41,765 nt of DNA from an uncultured delta proteobacterium (lineage in GTDB: Bacteria; Myxococcota; Myxococcia; Myxococcales; Myxococcaceae), in assembly GCA_963771175.1 (NCBI GenBank), contig CAVYSY010000019.1, forward strand, positions 1 through 41,765, given 5' to 3'. This document shows positions 1-9,464 of this stretch, piece by piece (position 1 is the stretch's first letter; every line of letters begins with the position of its first letter). The position numbers and the translations under genes were made by a program. The notes beneath the pieces were generated by a model. The model made no database searches and was not told where the DNA came from. It saw nothing but the letters and a program-made list of their open reading frames with translations.

Positions 1-69
1 CCGTGCGTCCTCGCTGATGCCCATCAACCAGCCGGTCCAAATCTCCATCAACAAGCGTGCGCGGTAACA
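1..69. mobile_element. Probable insertion-sequence terminus (IS21-like), rest of element outside window
   Basis: The segment ends ...CGGTAACA at 69 (TGTTACCG on minus, a TG...CA-type end). A 12-mer CCATCAAC[C/A]AGC repeats at 21-32 and 45-56, 24 bp apart. LanC-like homology stops exactly at the 70|69 junction. Confidence 0.45.
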
Positions 70-312
70 GTCCACCCACGTCAGCGTGTCCTCCGCTCCC
101 CGGCTCCAGGCCGCGTAGCCGCCAATGCCCTGGCCCGGCGTCTTCAGCGCCAGCGTGCGCTCCAGCCGGGTGTGCGCCGCGTCCGCGAACACGGCCTCGC
201 CCGTGGCCTGGAAGAATCGGTTGAAAATGTTCAGCAGCGCCGCCGAGCCGTGGCACAGCCCCGCGTCCACTGCGCCCGAGCCCTCCACCGGGCGCCGGGC
301 CGCCTCTCGGAA
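70..312 (-). pseudogene. C-terminal fragment of a lanthionine synthetase C (LanC)-like protein
   Basis: My minus-strand translation is [69 protein letters not shown]...TWVD. It contains the LanC Zn-ligand motif GLCHG. There is an in-frame stop just upstream (331-333), and the usual final GxLxG helix is missing. Confidence 0.7.
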
Positions 313-709
313 CATTAGGAGAAATTGGAGCTACTGCATCGTCCCCTCCGGCTGCCTCCGCCGGTACGCCCACCCGCGCTCCTCCACCCGCCCCTCCCCA
401 GCCACACCTCGCCAGGGCACAGCGCTACCGTCCGCCTCCCACGGGCCTCCGGGGAGCCCCCTGCCTGCTGGTGGGGTTGGGGGCCTACGGACAGTAGGAT
501 GCGGAGGAGGGTCGCAGCCCACGCAGGATTGCCCTCTTCCAAGGCTTCCAGTGCCGCTGTGACGTACCTTGCTACATTGCTACAGCAGACCCGCGCTGGA
601 GCGCTCTCAACACAGCTCGGCATAGGGCAGGGGACGGTATAAGCGGCTGGAACTCTTACGAAAACCGCTCTCGACCGTGCTGGAGCGCTCTCGTTGGAAG
701 CCTCTGGCG

Positions 710-737
710 GCGGGTTCGATTCTCGCCGCCTCCACGA
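710..737 (+). ncRNA. ssrA: Displaced 3' fragment of tmRNA (T-arm + acceptor strand), att-like site; not a complete gene
   Basis: GCGGG-TTCGATT-CTCGC forms a T-stem/loop, followed by CGCCTCCACGA, matching the tmRNA 3' end ...CGCCTCCACCA. The antisense reads WRRRESNP. No GGGGGCG 5' end is seen ~350 nt upstream. Confidence 0.7.
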
Positions 738-771
738 GCAGCAATCCGTCGGCCCATGCCCCTCCACGCCT

Positions 772-1473
772 TCAACAGGCGATGCGCACTCCGCCATCTT
801 CTTTTCTTCCTTCGCGTGGGATGGCGCCGTTCAGGCGCGCGCGAAGTACCGCCCCGAGCGCGTTCGCGGTCTCCTCGGGCAGGCGGGCGAGGTGTGCGTA
901 GAGCGTCTCCTCGAGTTGGGCGAGGAGCTCGGGCGCCGCCCCGGCCTCCCTCATGCCGGCGAGGACGGTATAGGCCGCCATGCCGAGCGGCTCGACGAAG
1001 CCGCTCGACTCCTCCCAGAACTCCTCGAAACAGGGCACTGCTTCTCCGGAGACGACGCGGGCCAGACGCCCCAGGTTGGCCTCCCAGTACGCCCGGTGCG
1101 CTTCCTTTGTTTCGGGGCTCGAGAACGGGCCCTGGTGAAGCTCGATGCGCGTGCCGCCGTCGGCGGGGCGGAGGAGGAGCGAGACGCGGGTCGTCTCGCG
1201 ACCGAGGTCCCCGCCATCCCAGGCCAGCTCCATCAAGAGTCCTTCGTCCGGGGACACGGCGAGGATGCGGCCGGTCTGCGCGAAGGGCGCGCCCTTCGCA
1301 TCGAGCAGATTCACCCGGAACGGCTCGCCCTCGTCCTCTCCGCCCTCCTCCCCCAGGCGGACGCCGCCCGGCGGGGCCCCGTACCAGCGCCGCAACTGGG
1401 AAGGGTCCTCGATGGCCTTGAACACTTGCTTCGGGCTCTGGGCTACCCACCGCTCCATTTCCAACGCGCTCAT
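772..1473 (-). CDS. SRPBCC/AHSA1 (START-like) domain protein
   Basis: MSALEMERWVAQSPKQVFKAIEDPSQLRRWY...TRVSLLLRPADGGTRIELHQG...W matches the AHSA1 pattern. The start overlaps the upstream stop (ATGA). Confidence 0.8.
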   Translation of the reverse strand: MSALEMERWVAQSPKQVFKAIEDPSQLRRWYGAPPGGVRLGEEGGEDEGEPFRVNLLDAKGAPFAQTGRILAVSPDEGLLMELAWDGGDLGRETTRVSLLLRPADGGTRIELHQGPFSSPETKEAHRAYWEANLGRLARVVSGEAVPCFEEFWEESSGFVEPLGMAAYTVLAGMREAGAAPELLAQLEETLYAHLARLPEETANALGAVLRARLNGAIPREGRKEDGGVRIAC

Positions 1474-2120
1474 GCTTGCGCTCCCGTCTGGGTCCGCAGT
1501 TCGAGAGCTGGCACCCTCGCCATCAGGGATTCCGGCACGCGGTACTGCTCGACCACCAGGCTGATGCGCGCCGCCGAGAGCTCCGGGGCCCCGGCCTCGA
1601 CCGCCACGACTTCGTGCATGAGGTCTCCCCGGAACCTCACCAGCGAGCGCGGCATGGGCGTCAGCGCCGCCACCCGCTGGCCACGGTGATACAGCCGCAG
1701 CTCTCCTCCCGCGAGGTGTTCCGGCACCTGGACGTAGAGCACGCTCACGGCGACCGGGCAGCCGATGCCGGCCACGTAGAACTCCAGGCTGCGATCCATG
1801 TGGGCTTCCACCCCGCGCCCATTTTGAACCAGGAGCGGGTTGAGCAGGAACGCGTTGCAGTCCGGCAGAAGCGCGGCCTCGAGGAAGGGGGCGAAGGCGG
1901 GAAAACGGGCCGTCACCTCGGACAGGGTGTCGCGCCGGAACGTCATCGAGAAGCCATAGGTGCCCGAGAACTGTTCCGTCAGGTTGCTCTCGCCGAGCAG
2001 GGAGGAGCTCAGGATGGCGGCCCGGATGGCCTCGGTGGCGTCGACGGGCAAGGCGTCGGGCGTGCGGTGAACGAAGGTATGGAGGCGAAAGGCCCCGCCC
2101 CAGGGCGGCTGGAAGCGCAT
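1470..2120 (-). CDS. 2OG-Fe(II) oxygenase superfamily protein
   Basis: HxD (AHMD), GGELRL, FRGDLMHEV and a distal R (ARISLV). Confidence 0.85.
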   Translation of the reverse strand: MRFQPPWGGAFRLHTFVHRTPDALPVDATEAIRAAILSSSLLGESNLTEQFSGTYGFSMTFRRDTLSEVTARFPAFAPFLEAALLPDCNAFLLNPLLVQNGRGVEAHMDRSLEFYVAGIGCPVAVSVLYVQVPEHLAGGELRLYHRGQRVAALTPMPRSLVRFRGDLMHEVVAVEAGAPELSAARISLVVEQYRVPESLMARVPALELRTQTGAQA

Positions 2121-2215
2121 GGGGGGCTACGTTGACAGATGTGGCGGGGACACGGGAAGACGTCCTCTTCCTGCCGGATCGCATGACGCGTCCGGCGAAA
2201 AGAGCGGGGGAGTCC

Positions 2216-3517
2216 ATGCGTCGTGTCTTGCTCGTGGTGTCGAGCCTGGTCGCGGGAGTGCTTGGCTGTGACGGTGACTCGGACCCGTGTCCCACGGGAG
2301 GCTCGGGCTCGCTTCAGCTCGAGGTCTCCGGCCTGCCGGCATCCACGAACGCCTTGGTAACGGTCTCTCGCGGGTCCGAGTCCAGGCCGGTGACGAGCTC
2401 GACCCAGCTCGATGGACTCGGTTCGGGGCTCTGGACCGTCTCCGCCGCTCCCGTCGCCTCGAGTGGTGGGCTCGTCCGCGCGGCCTACGACGCGCCGGCG
2501 ACACAGGAGGTGTGCGTTCGAGACGGCGAGACGGCGAGTGGCTCCGTCGCCTACGCGCTCATCCCGAGCAGCCAGAAGCTCTGGCTGTCGACCAGCAACG
2601 GGAGCGCCGAGGTGGAGGCCTTCGCGGAGACGAGCCTCGTCGCGACCGGGACGCAGTCGGCCACCGTGCTGCTGAGCTCCTCCCCGGGAATTCCGCGCGC
2701 CTCGGGCGTGGCGTTCGACCGTCGCGGGAACCTGTGGATCGCGCTCGGTTCGGGCGAGCTGCGTCGCTATTCGGCCAGGGCGCTCGGCACGAGCGGGGTG
2801 AAGACGCCGGATGTCACCCTGACAGGCGCGTCGCTGCGCACCGGGACACCGGGTCCGATTGGCATCGCGTTCGATGAGGCGGGGAACCTCTGGACGAGCG
2901 TTGGCTGGAGCAAGAAGGTGCTCCGGTTCGGGGCCGCGCAGCTCACCGCCAGCGGCTCGCCCACCCCCGAGGTGGAGCTCTCCGGGCTGGGAGAACCGCA
3001 CGCACTTGCCTTCGACGCGGCGGGCAACCTGTGGGTGGGCGATTACACCTCCGGCGCTCCTCGGGTTCACAAGGTGGCCGCCACGGAGCTGGGCGCTTCC
3101 GGGACGGTCACCCCGGCGCGGAGCATCGACTCGAAGGACACCTCACCGGTGAGCAGCTTCACCAGTCCCGCGGGGCTGGCGTTCGATGCCTCGGGGAACC
3201 TCTGGGTTGCCTACGGTACCCAGGGCGTCGTCGTCCGCCTGACCCCGACCGAGCTCGCCGGTTCCGGGACGGCGACCGTCACCCCGTCGGTGCAGATCGA
3301 CGCCGGTGGGCCCAAGGGGCTCACCTTCGATGAGGCGGGGAATCTCTGGATGGCCTACAACGCCGGCAAGATCTCCCGGCTGAGCCCGGCGCAGCTCGCT
3401 GTGTCCGGCGCGCCCACGCCGGAGGTAGTCATTACCAGCCCGGATCTCGGAGCGACCGACGGCGTCGCCATCTATCCCGCGCCCGCCAACCTGCCGCTCC
3501 ACCACCGGCTGCCGTAG
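2216..3517 (+). CDS. NHL-repeat / beta-propeller lipoprotein
   Basis: Lipobox VLGC after MRR and a hydrophobic stretch; GGGGAG RBS before ATG 2216; five xxAFDxxGNLW repeats. Confidence 0.8.
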   Translation: MRRVLLVVSSLVAGVLGCDGDSDPCPTGGSGSLQLEVSGLPASTNALVTVSRGSESRPVTSSTQLDGLGSGLWTVSAAPVASSGGLVRAAYDAPATQEVCVRDGETASGSVAYALIPSSQKLWLSTSNGSAEVEAFAETSLVATGTQSATVLLSSSPGIPRASGVAFDRRGNLWIALGSGELRRYSARALGTSGVKTPDVTLTGASLRTGTPGPIGIAFDEAGNLWTSVGWSKKVLRFGAAQLTASGSPTPEVELSGLGEPHALAFDAAGNLWVGDYTSGAPRVHKVAATELGASGTVTPARSIDSKDTSPVSSFTSPAGLAFDASGNLWVAYGTQGVVVRLTPTELAGSGTATVTPSVQIDAGGPKGLTFDEAGNLWMAYNAGKISRLSPAQLAVSGAPTPEVVITSPDLGATDGVAIYPAPANLPLHHRLP

Positions 3518-3587
3518 CGCATGCGTCCGTATTGGTAGGCCAGGGGAGAGGGGAGGGGATGATGTCTTCCCTCTCCGAGTACCGCAC

Positions 3588-4250
3588 TCAGTACTCCATG
3601 TCATTGAGCTCGTTGTAGGGCTCACCCTCGCTAATGCGGTAACCATTGGCGGCCACGCGCTCCACCGTGGCGATGGACCAGCAGTCCGGCGTGGGATCAT
3701 CGTCGATGTTGGCCACCGCCGCGCCGATGAAGACGCCCGGGTCGGTGTTCCCCCGGGAGGTGACGCCCAGGCCCGCGCGAGTGCCATCCGGAAGGATCGC
3801 CAGCGTGAGCGGGCACGTCGTCTGCGCGAAGGTCGTGAAGGAGCCCCGGAACTTCCGGGCCTCCGGATCCGCGGCCACGATCTGGTAGGACGGCCTGGGA
3901 GCTCCCGCCGGGAAGCTCGAGCTCCGGCGCTCCTTGACGCTCAGCACGTGCCCACTCATGGCCGTGAAGTAGGTGTACCGGTTGCGCAACTCCGGCTCGA
4001 ATCCGATCCGACTCATGTCCTCCGAGTAGGCATCCTTCTCTTGGAGAAAGGCCCGCTCGGTGACGTACAGGGCCTTCAGGTTCGCCTTCGCCTCGTGCAC
4101 GGGGGCACAACAGGAGCGCGCGGCGAACCGCCGTTGCACGTACCGCAGCCCCATGAAGCCCGTGATGAAGACGAGCGCCCCCACGCCGACAACCATCAGC
4201 ACCCATTCCGAGTATCGAGGCATCCTCGAGAGGGGGCGGTCAGGCGGCAC
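3588..4250 (-). CDS. PilA-like (type IV pilin globular domain) protein with non-canonical N-terminus
   Basis: EAKANLKALY...EKDAYS...IGFEPELRNRYTY and ANIDDDPTPDCWSI resemble myxobacterial PilA. There is one N-terminal TM segment but no G|FTLIE motif. Confidence 0.75.
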   Translation of the reverse strand: MPPDRPLSRMPRYSEWVLMVVGVGALVFITGFMGLRYVQRRFAARSCCAPVHEAKANLKALYVTERAFLQEKDAYSEDMSRIGFEPELRNRYTYFTAMSGHVLSVKERRSSSFPAGAPRPSYQIVAADPEARKFRGSFTTFAQTTCPLTLAILPDGTRAGLGVTSRGNTDPGVFIGAAVANIDDDPTPDCWSIATVERVAANGYRISEGEPYNELNDMEY

Positions 4251-5314
4251 GGCGGGCGGCCGGCGTCGGGCGGATGTCCCCGTGGTTCGGGGCGGGCAGG
4301 GTGATGGTGGGCGAGAGTCCCGGCGCCACCAGCGAGCCCGTCAGCAGCGACGAAGGGTGGAAGTTCACGAATGCCCCCTCCACTCGCGACGGGCCCGCGA
4401 ACACCTTCTCGACAATCATTGACGAGTACTGCTCCAGCGAGCTCTCGCGGGTGTTGCCGTTGAGGACCACCTCCCAGCCCATCTGCTCGGCGTAGGCGCG
4501 TACCCCGGGGATTCGCGATTGCAGCGGCGTGTAGCTCTCGGAGGCCACACCGTTCTCGCTCACCACGAACACCTCTTTGTTCGTGGCCACCGCGAGCGAC
4601 ATGTTCCCCATCGTGTGTCCTGGCGTCGATAGGAGCGCCGCGCCCCGGCCCAGCCACACGTCGCCGTCCAGCAGCACCACCTGCTCCTCCGGCACCCCGT
4701 CCGTTCCGCCCGGCACGTACCAGACCTTCTCCAGCGGGTGCGGGTTCTTCACCGACTCCCACTCGGCCCGCTGCACCAGCAGCTTCGCCCGGGGGAAGTA
4801 CGCCGGCTCCCCATCGCCGCCCAGCCACCGCCGCACGTCCTGCACGTGCAGGTGGTCGAACGCGATGTAGTCCACGTTCTCCGGCAGCAGCCCCAGTGAC
4901 GCCAGGTGGCTCTGCACCGTGCCGTGCGGCCGGCTCATCAGCTTGTTCGGAGATGAAGTCGCCGTACTTCTCCTGCAGGGCCTTGTAGAAGGGCGCCGCC
5001 TTCCCCCGCTCGTAGTCGCTCGGGTTGAAGAGCAGGGTGCGCGTCACCCCGTCCTCCAGGAACTGCACCACCTGCATCCGGTTCGTCATCATCACGTAGG
5101 GCGCCGGAGACAGCGCCCCTCCGCTGAAGGCGAACAGCGACGGGTAGGGGAACGTGACGAGGTCGCGGGTGACCACCGCCGCCACCGAGCCATCCGCCGT
5201 GAAGGTGTCGCGCGCCTCCTGGGCGGCACGGCGGAGCTTCTGCAGGCGCAGTGCGGACACCGGCTCGGCACGGGCTTCGGACAGGAAGGGGAGGGGACGG
5301 AAGGCGGCGTTCAT
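4240..5314 (-). pseudogene. Metallo-beta-lactamase-fold hydrolase, one frameshift (~4948)
   Basis: Motifs DHLHVQD and TPGHT. ORFs 4196..5314 and 4240..4938 join as ...DFIS-NKLMSRPHG if one extra base is removed. Probably a sequencing error. Confidence 0.75.
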
Positions 5315-5442
5315 GGGTTCCCCAAGAAGGCGAGCAGCTCCAGACAGCTCCCACGCCCATGGTGCGGCTTCGGGTACACCCCCCCAATTCCCTTGGCGAG
5401 GACGTACTTGGGGATGGAGAGTTCGAAGACGAGTCCCTTCAC
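5311..5442 (-). CDS. Unlisted 43-aa ORF, possibly a deletion remnant of a Zn-dependent dehydrogenase gene
   Basis: GTG at 5442 has a GGAG RBS. It translates to [43 protein letters not shown], and the stop overlaps the ATG of the MBL gene (ATGA). Confidence 0.45.
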   Translation of the reverse strand: MKGLVFELSIPKYVLAKGIGGVYPKPHHGRGSCLELLAFLGNP

Positions 5443-5559
5443 GGGGGCATGCTCCCTGGGCAGACGGGCTGGCGTCGGGCGCTCGGGAGTCTAGCGCCGC
5501 GAGAGGGCCCTCGACACCGGGGCTGTTCTGGTAGGGTGTCGGCAGAGGAACATCAGGTC

Positions 5560-6591
5560 ATGGCGAAGCGGAAGTCCGACGACACACTCTCGGGAGAGGC
5601 GCTCAACGACGAGGTCCGGGTGGAGGCCTCCCTCCGTCCGCGCGCCTTCGACGAGTACGTGGGCCAGGGAGCCGTCGTCGAGAAGCTCAAGGTGTACGTG
5701 CAGGCGGCCAAGAGCCGCGGGGAGTCGCTCGACCACTGCCTCTTCTCCGGGCCTCCGGGTCTGGGCAAGACGTCGCTCGCCTACATCATGGCCAACGAGC
5801 TGGGCGTGGGCATCCACGTCACCAGCGGCCCCGCGCTCGAGCGCAAGGGGGACCTGGCCGGTCTCCTCACCAACCTCAACGAGCGCGACATCCTCTTCAT
5901 CGACGAGGTCCACCGCCTCAACGCCGCCATCGAGGAGTACCTCTACCCGGCCATGGAGGACTTCCGGCTGGACATCACCATCGACACCGGCCCCGCCGCC
6001 CGGGCGATGAAGATCGACCTGCCGCCCTTCACCCTCATCGGCGCCACCACCCGCACCGGCCTGCTCACCTCGCCGCTGCGCGACCGCTTCCAGATTCAAG
6101 AGCGGCTCGAGTACTACGAGCCCAAGCACCTGGAGATGATCCTCAACCGCTCGGCCCGCATCCTCGGGGTGAAGCTGGAGCGCGACGGCGCGAGGGAGAT
6201 CTCCACCCGCGCCCGCGGCACTCCCCGTATCGCCAACCGGCTGCTGCGCCGGCTGCGCGACTTCGCCCAGGTGGAGGGGGACGGCCGCATCACCCAGGAG
6301 CTGGCCTCCGATGCGCTGACCCGGCTCGGCGTGGACGCCTCCGGCCTGGATGCGATGGACCGCAAGATCCTGCTCACCATCCTCGAGAAGTTCGGCGGGG
6401 GTCCGGTGGGCGTGGAGACAATCGCCGCCAGCGTGGGCGAGCAGCGCGATACCATCGAGGACGTGTACGAGCCCTACCTGCTCCAGGAAGGCTTCCTCCA
6501 GCGCACTCCGCGGGGCCGGGTGGCCACGCATCATGCGTACGCGTATTTCAACAAGAAGGCGCCCCCCACGGCGCAGGGGTCCCTCTGGTGA
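5560..6591 (+). CDS. ruvB: Holliday junction branch migration DNA helicase RuvB
   Basis: LRP..FDEYVGQ, Walker [56 protein letters not shown] before ATG 5560. Confidence 0.98.
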   Translation: MAKRKSDDTLSGEALNDEVRVEASLRPRAFDEYVGQGAVVEKLKVYVQAAKSRGESLDHCLFSGPPGLGKTSLAYIMANELGVGIHVTSGPALERKGDLAGLLTNLNERDILFIDEVHRLNAAIEEYLYPAMEDFRLDITIDTGPAARAMKIDLPPFTLIGATTRTGLLTSPLRDRFQIQERLEYYEPKHLEMILNRSARILGVKLERDGAREISTRARGTPRIANRLLRRLRDFAQVEGDGRITQELASDALTRLGVDASGLDAMDRKILLTILEKFGGGPVGVETIAASVGEQRDTIEDVYEPYLLQEGFLQRTPRGRVATHHAYAYFNKKAPPTAQGSLW

Positions 6592-8075
6592 GCACCTCCG
6601 TGACGGCCGTCCAGCCGCCTCGCATGTCCCGCGTCCCCCGTGATTTCTACGAGGACCTCGTCCGCGCCTCGCAGGGCACCCGCGCCGGCTTCCTCACCGA
6701 GCGCGAGCGCTGGCTGCGCGTCCTGCCCGTGGAGGCCCGCGAGGAGCTCCTCTTCGAGTTCGAGATGCTGCTGCGCGGCGTGGAGCGCTACGTCCACCTG
6801 CACGAGAACGGCGTCCTCGACCAGGAGCAGCCGCTCGTCACCCGCGACTTCCGCGAGGAGCTCAAGGACGTCCGCGCCACGCTCAGCCAGGCCATCCGCC
6901 TCGCGCGCCACCTGTTGGACCCGGACTCGGACCAGAAGCTCCAGTTCCGCCGCTACGTGGAGACGCATCTCGCCGATGACCGGATGCGCCGCTCGCGCAT
7001 CGAGGGCGAGCAGTCCCAGGAGACTCCCCAGGAGAGTCTCTTCGTCCTGCGCCAGTCCTTCGAGTCGCTGCGCAACCTGATCGATCACCTGCTGCAGCTC
7101 CCGGTGTGCGGGCTGAACCTCTTCAACGACGTGGGCAACCTCGTCCTGCGGGAGATCGTCCTCAACCGCTACTTCCGGCCCTTCCGCCTCACCGAGTTCC
7201 GTCTGGAGTACGACCGGCTGCGCTCCGTGCGCCTGCTGACGCTGCTCGCCACGGTGCCGGCGGAGACCCGGCCCCTCTACACCACCACCTACCTGGCCCT
7301 GTTCCGCCTCCTGCACTACCTGGCCTACGTGAGCCAGGACGCGCAGGGCGCCATCCCCCGTCGCGTGCGCGTGCTGCTCGTCCTGGTGCGCAACGAGGCG
7401 CTGAGCCTCGTGGGCTACGTTCGCAACGAGCTCGCTCCCAAGGCCGGTCCCAAGCCCCTCCAGGCCGCGTGCCTGCGCATCGCGCGTGACATCGCCCGCG
7501 AGACGGCACGCATCTCGCGCGACATCCTCGTGGAGCTGGACCGGGACCGGGCCGCCGCCGCCCGCGCCTCCTACGCCTTCACCCAGCTCTTCCAGGCCCA
7601 GGTGGTGGCCCTCACCGAGGCGCTCGCTCCCGGCTCCGCCTCCGGCGAGGCCCCCTTCGAGCAGCTCACCGCCCCCATGGAGTCCGCCGAGCGGCTGCGC
7701 AAGGACCTCTGGGTCTTCTCCCAGCTCTGCCGCGCCGCCGAGGGCCACCTGCGCAACGACGACGTGGCCTCCGCCGAGGCCGTCATCTCCAGCATCGTGG
7801 CCTTCCTCGGCTACTTCCAGGACGGCAGCTACCAGCTCCTGCGCTACGTGGACTACGAGGCCTTCGACCGGTTCTCGGCGCTCCTCACCGAGCTGCCCTG
7901 GCCTCCCGAGGGCCCCGCCGTCCGCACCCGCCTCATCGAGGATCTGCGCGCCTTCTCCATGGTGCTGGAGAACACCTTCGCGGCCGTCAGCCGGCGGGCC
8001 CAGCTCCGGGGCTTCACCTTCGACCGGGCCGAGGCCGAGCTGCTGCGAGACCGCTTCCTCGCGGCGACGCGCTGA
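6588..8075 (+). CDS. Hypothetical, predicted mostly alpha-helical protein coupled to ruvB
   Basis: 495-aa ORF with strong GC3 bias; its GTG overlaps the ruvB TGA; no catalytic motif recognised. Confidence 0.85.
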   Translation: MSTSVTAVQPPRMSRVPRDFYEDLVRASQGTRAGFLTERERWLRVLPVEAREELLFEFEMLLRGVERYVHLHENGVLDQEQPLVTRDFREELKDVRATLSQAIRLARHLLDPDSDQKLQFRRYVETHLADDRMRRSRIEGEQSQETPQESLFVLRQSFESLRNLIDHLLQLPVCGLNLFNDVGNLVLREIVLNRYFRPFRLTEFRLEYDRLRSVRLLTLLATVPAETRPLYTTTYLALFRLLHYLAYVSQDAQGAIPRRVRVLLVLVRNEALSLVGYVRNELAPKAGPKPLQAACLRIARDIARETARISRDILVELDRDRAAAARASYAFTQLFQAQVVALTEALAPGSASGEAPFEQLTAPMESAERLRKDLWVFSQLCRAAEGHLRNDDVASAEAVISSIVAFLGYFQDGSYQLLRYVDYEAFDRFSALLTELPWPPEGPAVRTRLIEDLRAFSMVLENTFAAVSRRAQLRGFTFDRAEAELLRDRFLAATR

Positions 8076-8215
8076 CTCCACTGTCGGATTCCTGTCGCCG
8101 TAACTCCTCCATGTGTCACGGTTTCGTCAGGCAACCGTTTGATTCCGGGCGTCCGCTTGCGTTATTGGGACGCGGCATGACGCGCCAGGACGCTGCGGGT
8201 TGCGTGTGGATGTTC

Positions 8216-8229
8216 TGACACAAGTGTCA
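8216..8229. promoter_or_regulatory. Palindrome, candidate enhancer-binding-protein site (UAS)
   Basis: TGACAC-AA-GTGTCA lies ~150 bp upstream of the sigma54 motif. GTGTCACGGT also occurs at 8113-8122. Confidence 0.45.
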
Positions 8230-8379
8230 CGGTGACGGGGTAGGTACACAGCGAGTCGAGGGGGAAAGGGGCGCCGGAGGCTTCGGTTCCCCCGGTGAGC
8301 CAACGAGAAAACCCAGTGAGTTCAAGCACTTGGGTTCGAAGGGGACCCCCGCGCGTCCCCCTCCACCACGAGGGTTTCG

Positions 8380-8395
8380 TGGCGTGTGGCTTGCA
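8380..8395 (+). promoter_or_regulatory. Sigma54 (-24/-12) promoter of lpxC
   Basis: TGGCGTGTGGCTTGCA fits TGGC-N7-TTGC, ~70 bp before the lpxC start. Confidence 0.6.
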
Positions 8396-8462
8396 TCGAT
8401 ACGCGGCGCGTCAGATGGGCAGTGAACATTGCAGCACCCGTATCGAAGAGGCGACACCGACC

Positions 8463-9392
8463 ATGCCCTCCACCCCGTACAACCAGCGCACCCTCTCCCA
8501 TCCCGTCCGTTGCCAGGGCGTGGGCCTGCACTCCGGTGCGCCGGTGAACCTCTCGCTCGTGCCGGCACCGGTGAACCACGGCATCGTCTTCGTGCGCACG
8601 GACACCGCGCGCCCGGTGGCCATCCCCGCGCTCACCGAGTACGTGGTGGACACCTCGCTGGCCACCACCCTGGGCAAGGAGGGGGTGAAGGTGAGCACGA
8701 TCGAGCACCTGATGGCGGCGCTGGCCGGCATGGGGCTCGACAACGTGCGCGTGGAGCTGGACGGCCCCGAGGTGCCCATCATGGATGGCAGCGCCGCGCC
8801 CTTCGCCGCCCTCATCGCCGACGCGGGCGTGCGCGAGCAGGAGGAGCCCCGCCGCCTGCTCGTCATGAAGAAGACGGTCTCCGTGGTGGATGGTGACAAG
8901 GAGGCCAGCCTGTCTCCCGCCAGCCACTTCCGCATCTCCTGCTCCATCGACTTCAAGCACCCGCTCATCACCGAGCAGGCCTATGAGCTGGAGTTCTCCG
9001 ACCGGTGCTTCCACCGGGAGATCTCCCGCGCGCGCACCTTCGGCTTCCTCCGGGACGTGGAGATGCTCAAGAAGATGGGCCTGGCCCGCGGCGGCTCGCT
9101 GGACAACGCCATCGTGGTGGACGAGTTCTCCATCCTCAACCCGGACGGCCTGCGCTTCCCGGACGAGTTCGTGCGGCACAAGATTCTCGACGCCGTGGGC
9201 GACATCTCGCTCTTCGGCCGGCCGGTGGTGGGCCACCTCAAGGCCTTCAAGACGGGACACGCGCTCAACCAGAAGCTGGTGAAGGCGGTGCTGGCCGATC
9301 CCAGCAGCTATGAGGTCGTCCCGGCGCGCAAGCACCTGGAGCTGCCCGATCTGCGCCTGCCGGAGCTCGCTCTCGAGCCCCTGGTGGCCTGA
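8463..9392 (+). CDS. lpxC: UDP-3-O-acyl-N-acetylglucosamine deacetylase
   Basis: QRTL..GVGLHSG, STIEHLMAAL, EVPIMDGSA, SRARTFGF, RHKILDAVGD, GHALN. Confidence 0.98.
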   Translation: MPSTPYNQRTLSHPVRCQGVGLHSGAPVNLSLVPAPVNHGIVFVRTDTARPVAIPALTEYVVDTSLATTLGKEGVKVSTIEHLMAALAGMGLDNVRVELDGPEVPIMDGSAAPFAALIADAGVREQEEPRRLLVMKKTVSVVDGDKEASLSPASHFRISCSIDFKHPLITEQAYELEFSDRCFHREISRARTFGFLRDVEMLKKMGLARGGSLDNAIVVDEFSILNPDGLRFPDEFVRHKILDAVGDISLFGRPVVGHLKAFKTGHALNQKLVKAVLADPSSYEVVPARKHLELPDLRLPELALEPLVA

Positions 9393-9464
9393 AAACAGCT
9401 TCGCGCTCCGCACCAAGAAATTTCTTTGCGGGTCCCGGGTTTTCTCGACTAAGGACTCCTATCC

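Noticed and set aside
380..740. Complete tmRNA or tRNA gene
   Set aside because: Only the T-arm and 3' acceptor strand are present; no matching 5' strand, D-loop or tag reading frame is recognisable.
315..797. 160-aa minus-strand ORF containing WRRRESNP
   Set aside because: WRRRESNP is just the antisense of the tmRNA fragment. The helix-like [16 protein letters not shown] stretch may be a remnant but could not be assigned.
772..2295. 507-aa fusion ORF
   Set aside because: The N-terminal half is an off-frame shadow of the 2OG-Fe(II) oxygenase; the real gene starts at 1473 with an ATGA overlap.
5251..5559. N-terminal extension of RuvB
   Set aside because: Homology and the RBS point to ATG 5560; the extension overlaps minus-strand genes.
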